This document shows positions 7,961 through 13,050 of a stretch of DNA of 13,050 nt, piece by piece. A model generated the notes under the pieces. It saw only the letters and a list, made by a program, of their open reading frames with translations, had not been told where the DNA came from and made no database searches. A program made the position numbers and the translations under genes. Origin of the DNA: a virus; UHGV virus genome UHGV-1714330; one strand, given 5' to 3'. Each line of letters starts with the position of its first letter. Position 1 is the first letter of the stretch.

Positions 7961-8469
7961 CAGATTTGACTCACGATGCAGCGCGGCTTGCCCTGGATGC
8001 GCGCCACCGCCCAGCGCATATCCCGCCACAGTTCATCAATGGTACTGTCAATGCTGTCAGCCTTCTTGTCGCCTTTCGCACTGGCATCCACGCCGCGATA
8101 ACGCTCATAAAGCGACGCGGTCGCCATCGCACACACGGCGCGCTCGTAGTAAAAAACTTTGATGCTTTCACCGTCGATGTCGTCCGCCGGGACGTCCGCC
8201 AGACGCGTAAAACCGGCGGCAATTTTCTGTTCGCGATACTCGTACAGCTCCGCATTCGTCTCCGCCATGCCTGACTTGATGGCCTCACGCAGACGGGCGG
8301 GGGCGACGGTCTGCTCAAGGCGCATACGTTCCCGGACGCGCTTCGGGTCGATATCGGGAAAAAAGAACGTGTTTTTAATCACCGGCTCGTCGCCTGCCGG
8401 TTGCGGGATGACCACCGTACCCTCACCGGACACGGGAGCCTCCTTTCGCGGAATAATCAGCGTCATCAT
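7960..8469 (-). CDS. L: Head completion/stabilisation protein gpL
   Basis: 169 aa from the ATGATG at 8464-8469 (MMTLIIPRKEAP..). A GAGG ribosome-binding site lies upstream. The upstream in-frame extension of the 189-aa track ORF is rejected. Confidence 0.9.
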   Translation of the reverse strand: MMTLIIPRKEAPVSGEGTVVIPQPAGDEPVIKNTFFFPDIDPKRVRERMRLEQTVAPARLREAIKSGMAETNAELYEYREQKIAAGFTRLADVPADDIDGESIKVFYYERAVCAMATASLYERYRGVDASAKGDKKADSIDSTIDELWRDMRWAVARIQGKPRCIVSQI

Positions 8470-8568
8470 GACTACCTCTGAAAAGTCGGGCGGTGGACGC
8501 CGGTGCAGTGTCAGGTGATTCACCCTCACTGACCGGCGTGCCGCCCTGGCGCGGGGCGCATTCGGTTG

Positions 8569-9312
8569 TTAACTGGCTTTCTTTTTCGGGCGTCCACGTT
8601 TTGCCGGTGCCACGCTCCGGGTCTTACGCGGGGCGCGCGTGGCCGCTTTTGGCTGCGGCTCCGGCTTCGGTTTCAGTTCCCGCTCCAGTCGTTCAATCTC
8701 TTTTTTGACGCCTGCCTGACAGTCGAGCTGTGTCGCACGTTGCAGGTGAGCCAGCGCACCGGCGGCATCACCACCGTCACGCAGAAACAGACCGGTGATT
8801 TTGTGCAGCTTTGCGCGCACTTCATCAGGCATGTCAGCCGTGGCGGTCAGTTCAAGGGTCTCCGTCAGCAGGCGGGTATCCACAGACTCACCGGCAGCGT
8901 GAGCGCGCATGGCCGCAAGCGCTACCTCCTCGGTGAACATGTACGGCGGGGTACGGCGGTGTTTACCCGGCATGGTCAGACCGTACTTCAGGGCATAACG
9001 GGCAATCTCCAGCGCACCGGCAATATCGCCGGTATCCAGACGCCACAGCATGACCGTCATCAGAATGTCATCCTGTGCACCTTTGCCCTGCTCCAGCACG
9101 CCGTTCACCCACGGCAACCAGAACGGCAGCAGTTCGCGTTTTTTCGCGGCCTTCAGCTCTTTTGAATAAATCGCTTTCAGTGTGCGCTGGTCTGCGGCGA
9201 GCTTAACCAGCATCTGCTCATAGACAGTTGCATGTCGCAGCGGGGCGGCTTCCCGCTGCGCGGTCATCGCTGCCGAGACCCGCATCATGTGGCGCTGTGC
9301 GGGACTCGTCAT
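8569..9312 (-). CDS. M: Terminase small (endonuclease) subunit gpM
   Basis: 247-aa ORF with a basic Lys/Arg/Pro-rich C-terminal tail, located between N and L. Confidence 0.9.
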   Translation of the reverse strand: MTSPAQRHMMRVSAAMTAQREAAPLRHATVYEQMLVKLAADQRTLKAIYSKELKAAKKRELLPFWLPWVNGVLEQGKGAQDDILMTVMLWRLDTGDIAGALEIARYALKYGLTMPGKHRRTPPYMFTEEVALAAMRAHAAGESVDTRLLTETLELTATADMPDEVRAKLHKITGLFLRDGGDAAGALAHLQRATQLDCQAGVKKEIERLERELKPKPEPQPKAATRAPRKTRSVAPAKRGRPKKKAS

Positions 9313-9315
9313 CGG

Positions 9316-10389
9316 TTACGCTCCCGGCTCTGCGGTCGCTTTAGCCAGTGTGGAGAAATCACCGACCTTAATTTTTTCCACCAGACAACCGGCGGCGTAG
9401 TCCTCCACCACGTAATCAATGTTCATTGACTCGTAGTTCTCCACGCGGTCGAGTTTCGGGTTTTCCTCAATCACGCGGCGATGGCTGTCATCCATGTAGT
9501 AGATGGACAGGTTTTCCAGCTTCGTGATGAGCATCGCATCCGCCGGGAAGTACGGGACGCGTACCGCCGGCAGGTTACCGATGCGTTTCTGGCTGATGAT
9601 GACGTCAGCGGCCAGCATTTCGCTGTTGTCCTGCTCCTTGTTGACGATGGGAAAATACTTGTCCGCCAGTAGCTGACGTCCCACAATCACCACAAGGTCA
9701 GGGTCTTCCTGATACCACGGCTCAATCAGGTTGTTGGTCGCATCCATCACCAGTGCATCGAGGCTGGCATAATCACCGCCCTTACCCACGCGGATGACCT
9801 CAGAGGTGGTGTGCCCTTCCTCGTCAGTGACCTTGCTCATCACGCGCGCCGGGGCTTCATTGCGGTATTTCTGCAGCCAGCCGACCGCCACATCCTGCAG
9901 CATCGGATTGCTGCTGCGGTCAGAGGTTTCGGCACGCTTCACGCCGTTAAAACCGGCCATGATGAAATCAAGGGACTGGCGTTTGATAATGGCGTTACGG
10001 ACACGGAGCTGGAAATCCTGATAACGCGCCCACAGGTCCAGCGTTTTGTAGCGGATATAAAAATCGAAGTTAATCTGGTCGCATTCGTACTTGTTTGACG
10101 CCAGCTTCGAGAAGTCCTTCGGCTGACGCTCGGTGCCACCGGCGGTGTCGGTGGTGCTGGCGATGGAGCCGGTGACACCGATGCCAATTTTTTCCCCTTT
10201 CATTTCGCTGACCGGCACAATGTTGATGCGGGTCAGAAAGTCAGAGGACTCCTGCATGGTGTTCATCAGGGTCTGGGTGACCGACGGTTCAACGGTGAAT
10301 TTTTTCGACACATCACCGGCGTCGATGCCGTTCAGTTCGGCAACACGGGACAGGTAGGCATTAAATTTAAAGCGGGTTTCCTGGCGCAT
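9316..10389 (-). CDS. N: Major capsid protein gpN
   Basis: 357-aa ORF beginning MRQETRFKFNAYLSRVAELNGID.., located after the scaffold gene. Confidence 0.95.
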   Translation of the reverse strand: MRQETRFKFNAYLSRVAELNGIDAGDVSKKFTVEPSVTQTLMNTMQESSDFLTRINIVPVSEMKGEKIGIGVTGSIASTTDTAGGTERQPKDFSKLASNKYECDQINFDFYIRYKTLDLWARYQDFQLRVRNAIIKRQSLDFIMAGFNGVKRAETSDRSSNPMLQDVAVGWLQKYRNEAPARVMSKVTDEEGHTTSEVIRVGKGGDYASLDALVMDATNNLIEPWYQEDPDLVVIVGRQLLADKYFPIVNKEQDNSEMLAADVIISQKRIGNLPAVRVPYFPADAMLITKLENLSIYYMDDSHRRVIEENPKLDRVENYESMNIDYVVEDYAAGCLVEKIKVGDFSTLAKATAEPGA

Positions 10390-10447
10390 AGTTTTTCCTG
10401 AAATTAAGGGTTAATCGTGAAGGTTTTCCCGGACTGACTGACGCCGG

Positions 10448-11302
10448 TCAGCAGTTCGTCATCAGGGCGTCACCGCCACCGCCGGTGGCCTTGCTGCGGC
10501 GCTGCTGGGTCAGACTTTCGGTGTGGTCGAGGCTGTTTTTCAGGCGGGTGAATGCCTGGCTGGTTTCATCCGCCCTGTCAGTCACATCCTGCTTAAGTGC
10601 GGAAAAGGCGGTTTCCATCTCAGCGAGGCGCTGCTCAGTGGCACTCAGTTTTTCCTGCACATGTTCAGCAACAGCGGTCACCGCTTCATGCACGTCATTC
10701 AGACGGGCGTCATCGCTGGCCTGTTTGCGGCCAAAAATGGATTTCACCTTTTCAGTCAGGGCGGTGAACACGGTTTCAGGCAGGTCTTCAAATTCCAGCT
10801 CAACGGGCGTTGCCACTGAAATCAGATTTTCAGGGCTTAATTTGAAGCGGTTCAGGGGGTTGTGTTTTGCCGTGCGGCAGAATTCCAGGTATTCCGTGCC
10901 GAGGCTTGCCGGGTCATCGGTGACGGCCAGCCCCACCAGATAACATTTGCCGGTGTTGGCAAAGTTCGGCTGAATTTCCATTGAGGTATAGACCTTCTGC
11001 GCGGCCTTGTTCATCGCGATAAGGTCATCGGTCGGGGTGATTTTCGCAAACAGCGCCCATTTGCCTTTCAGCGCCGAATCATCGTCAATCTTTTCGGCCT
11101 TCAGTTCGACCACATCGCCATAACGCTTAAAAATACCGTCAGGCAGGATGCCGCGCAGATGTTCCAGGTTAATGCGGCAACCATAGACTCGCGGGTCAAA
11201 GGTTTCGGCCATTTCCTGAATATCCTGCGCACTGATGACACGCCCGTCACAGGTGTCACCCTCAACGCCGATACGAAAGAATTTTGAGACTTTTTTTGCC
11301 AT
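10448..11302 (-). CDS. O: Capsid scaffolding protein gpO
   Basis: 284 aa from the ATG at 11300-11302 (MAKKVSKFFRIGVEGDTCDGR..). The upstream 22 codons of the 306-aa track ORF are rejected. Confidence 0.9.
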   Translation of the reverse strand: MAKKVSKFFRIGVEGDTCDGRVISAQDIQEMAETFDPRVYGCRINLEHLRGILPDGIFKRYGDVVELKAEKIDDDSALKGKWALFAKITPTDDLIAMNKAAQKVYTSMEIQPNFANTGKCYLVGLAVTDDPASLGTEYLEFCRTAKHNPLNRFKLSPENLISVATPVELEFEDLPETVFTALTEKVKSIFGRKQASDDARLNDVHEAVTAVAEHVQEKLSATEQRLAEMETAFSALKQDVTDRADETSQAFTRLKNSLDHTESLTQQRRSKATGGGGDALMTNC

Positions 11303-11475
11303 TGTCAGGAGTCCTGAATAGTGATTAGAGGAGTCACATGTCGGCATCAGTTTCCCGACGATGCGCATCCTCCGCCATCAGTCCCGGATGGCTTATCACT
11401 GACACAACAGCACCTTAGCGAATCGCGGGGCGCGACTCAGTAGCCTTGCCGTGTATTCATCACGGCGAGGTATTC
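11303..11475. promoter_or_regulatory. Divergent intergenic region between O and P, expected site of the divergent late promoters
   Basis: 173-bp non-coding gap between two divergently oriented operon starts. It contains a GTCGG-N10-CCGAC dyad (11340..11359), a GCCGTG-N7-CACGGC dyad (11448..11466) and a TATTCAT direct repeat (11454..11460 and 11471..11477). No promoter element could be assigned with confidence. Confidence 0.4.
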
Positions 11476-13050
11476 ATGACCATCACCACAGACACCACTC
11501 TTTTACACGACCCGCGTCGTCAGGCGGCGCTGCTGTACTGGCAGGGATTTTCCGTGCCGCAGATTGCCGCCATGTTGCAGATGAAACGCCCGACGGTGCA
11601 GAGCTGGAAACAGCGCGACGGCTGGGACAGCGTTGCCCCCATCAGCCGTGTCGAAATGAGTCTGGAAGCGCGGCTGACCCAGCTCATCATCAAACCGCAG
11701 AAAACCGGCGGTGACTTCAAGGAAATTGACCTGCTCGGACGCCAGATTGAACGGCTGGCACGGGTCAACCGTTACAGCCAGACCGGCAACGAGGCAGACC
11801 TTAATCCGAACGTCGCTAACCGCAACAAAGGCGGGCGTCGCAAACCGAAAAAGAATTTTTTCAGTGACGAGGCCATCGAAAAGCTGGAGCAGATTTTCTT
11901 TGAGCAGTCTTTCGAATATCAGTTGCACTGGTATCGCGCCGGGCTTGAGCACCGCATCCGCGATATCCTGAAATCCCGCCAGATTGGCGCGACGTTTTAT
12001 TTTTCCCGCGAGGCGCTGCTGCGTGCCCTGAAAACCGGCCATAACCAGATTTTTCTGTCGGCCAGTAAAACGCAGGCGTATGTGTTCCGCGAATACATCA
12101 TCGCCTTTGCCCGTCTGGTTGACGTTGACCTGACCGGTGACCCGATTGTCCTGGGCAATAACGGCGCAAAACTGATTTTTCTCGGCACCAACTCCAACAC
12201 CGCGCAGAGCCATAACGGCGACCTGTACGTCGACGAGATTTTCTGGATCCCGAATTTTCAGGTACTGCGTAAGGTGGCATCAGGTATGGCCTCACAGAGT
12301 CACCTGCGCTCGACCTATTTCTCCACCCCGTCCACGCTGGCGCACGACGCCTACCCGTTCTGGTCGGGTGAACTGTTCAACCGGGGACGCGCCAGCGCCG
12401 CCGAACGCGTGGAAATCGACGTCAGTCATAACGCCCTTGCCGGTGGGCTTCTCTGTGCGGACGGCCAGTGGCGGCAGATTGTCACCATTGAGGACGCCCT
12501 GAAAGGCGGCTGCACGCTGTTCGACATTGAGCAGCTCAAACGTGAAAACAGCGCCGACGATTTTAAAAACCTGTTCATGTGTGAATTTGTTGACGACAAG
12601 GCGTCGGTGTTCCCGTTCGAGGAGCTGCAACGCTGCATGGTCGACAGCCTCGAAAAATGGGAGGACTACGCGCCATTTGCCGACCGGCCATTCGGTCACC
12701 GCCCGGTGTGGATTGGCTACGACCCGTCATTACGTGGCGACAGCGCCGGGTGCGTCGTTATTGCGCCGCCGGTCGTTGCCGGTGGCAAATTCCGCATCCT
12801 CGAGCGCCACCAGTGGAAAGGGATGGACTTCGCCCAACAGGCCGAATCCATTCGCGAACTCACGCAGAAATACACCGTGGAATATATCGGCATCGACGCG
12901 ACCGGGCTCGGTCAGGGCGTTTTCCAGCTCGTGCGGTCTTTCTACCCGGCTGCACGTGAAATCCGCTACACGCCGGAAATGAAAACCGCGATGGTGCTCA
13001 AAGCAAAAGACACCATTCGCCGCGGTTGCCTCGAGTACGACGTCAGCGCG
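11476..13050 (+). CDS. P: Terminase large (ATPase) subunit gpP, 3' end outside the window
   Basis: The frame is open from the ATG at 11476 to the window end (525 codons, no stop), with a GAGG ribosome-binding site 5 nt upstream. It begins MTITTDTTLLHDPRRQAALLYWQGF.. and contains a Walker B-like LYVDEIF. It is missing from the ORF track because no stop occurs in the window. Confidence 0.9.
   Translation, partial: MTITTDTTLLHDPRRQAALLYWQGFSVPQIAAMLQMKRPTVQSWKQRDGWDSVAPISRVEMSLEARLTQLIIKPQKTGGDFKEIDLLGRQIERLARVNRYSQTGNEADLNPNVANRNKGGRRKPKKNFFSDEAIEKLEQIFFEQSFEYQLHWYRAGLEHRIRDILKSRQIGATFYFSREALLRALKTGHNQIFLSASKTQAYVFREYIIAFARLVDVDLTGDPIVLGNNGAKLIFLGTNSNTAQSHNGDLYVDEIFWIPNFQVLRKVASGMASQSHLRSTYFSTPSTLAHDAYPFWSGELFNRGRASAAERVEIDVSHNALAGGLLCADGQWRQIVTIEDALKGGCTLFDIEQLKRENSADDFKNLFMCEFVDDKASVFPFEELQRCMVDSLEKWEDYAPFADRPFGHRPVWIGYDPSLRGDSAGCVVIAPPVVAGGKFRILERHQWKGMDFAQQAESIRELTQKYTVEYIGIDATGLGQGVFQLVRSFYPAAREIRYTPEMKTAMVLKAKDTIRRGCLEYDVSA

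Noticed and set aside
8470-8568. 99-bp spacer between M and L as a possible attenuator or terminator
   Set aside because: Only weak 4-5-bp stems are present. The short stem followed by TTTT at about 8481..8501 is too weak to call, and the TTTT lies just upstream of the L ribosome-binding site.
10448-11368. N-terminal extensions in the ORF track for gpO (306 aa), gpL (189 aa at 7960..8529), gpX (90 aa at 7757..8029) and LysC (135 aa at 5977..6384)
   Set aside because: The extensions run into the upstream gene or lack a ribosome-binding site. Internal ATGs give products that start at the recognisable N-termini and, for gpO, gpL and gpX, have a Shine-Dalgarno sequence or a coupled stop-start overlap.
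11303-11475. Exact TGT-N12-ACA late-promoter activator site
   Set aside because: I scanned every TGT and ACA in the O/P intergenic region and found no exact match. The same was true for the S-V spacer. I therefore do not annotate a specific activator site, although a degenerate one may be present.
11503-12213. 236-aa minus-strand ORF, plus several shorter ORFs on both strands between 11451 and 12982
   Set aside because: They lie entirely inside the terminase P reading frame, which is open for 525 codons on the plus strand with a good ribosome-binding site. They are most likely frame artefacts of the GC-rich coding sequence.
1-13050. tRNA, rRNA, CRISPR array, insertion sequence or integrase
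   Set aside because: I saw no tandem repeat-spacer pattern, no terminal inverted repeats flanking a transposase-like ORF and no tRNA-like segment. The window is essentially all phage structural and lysis coding sequence.

Overview
This window is a contiguous block of the late (morphogenesis and lysis) region of a P2-like (Peduovirus-type) temperate phage or prophage of an enterobacterial host. Every gene assignment rests on my recognition of the translated products and on P2 gene order; nothing was searched against a database. On the minus strand, read right to left, the order is capsid scaffold O, major capsid N, small terminase M, head completion L, tail protein X, holin Y, endolysin K, LysA, LysB with embedded LysC, tail completion R and S, baseplate V, W, J, I, tail fiber H and a tail fiber assembly gene. 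On the plus strand the large terminase P starts at 11476 and runs off the right edge; it is absent from the ORF track because it has no stop in the window. The genes are tightly packed, often with overlapping stop and start codons, and there is no unassigned coding space, so I see no room for a hidden defence or accessory system. The one non-canonical part is the tail fiber module at the left end. It has two convergent tail fiber assembly genes, an alternative fiber C-terminal ORF running off the left edge, and a 26-bp imperfect palindrome inside H (1703..1728) that resembles the crossover sites of Hin/Gin/Cin/Pin DNA invertases. Together these suggest an invertible host-range cassette, with the second site and the invertase gene expected beyond the left edge.
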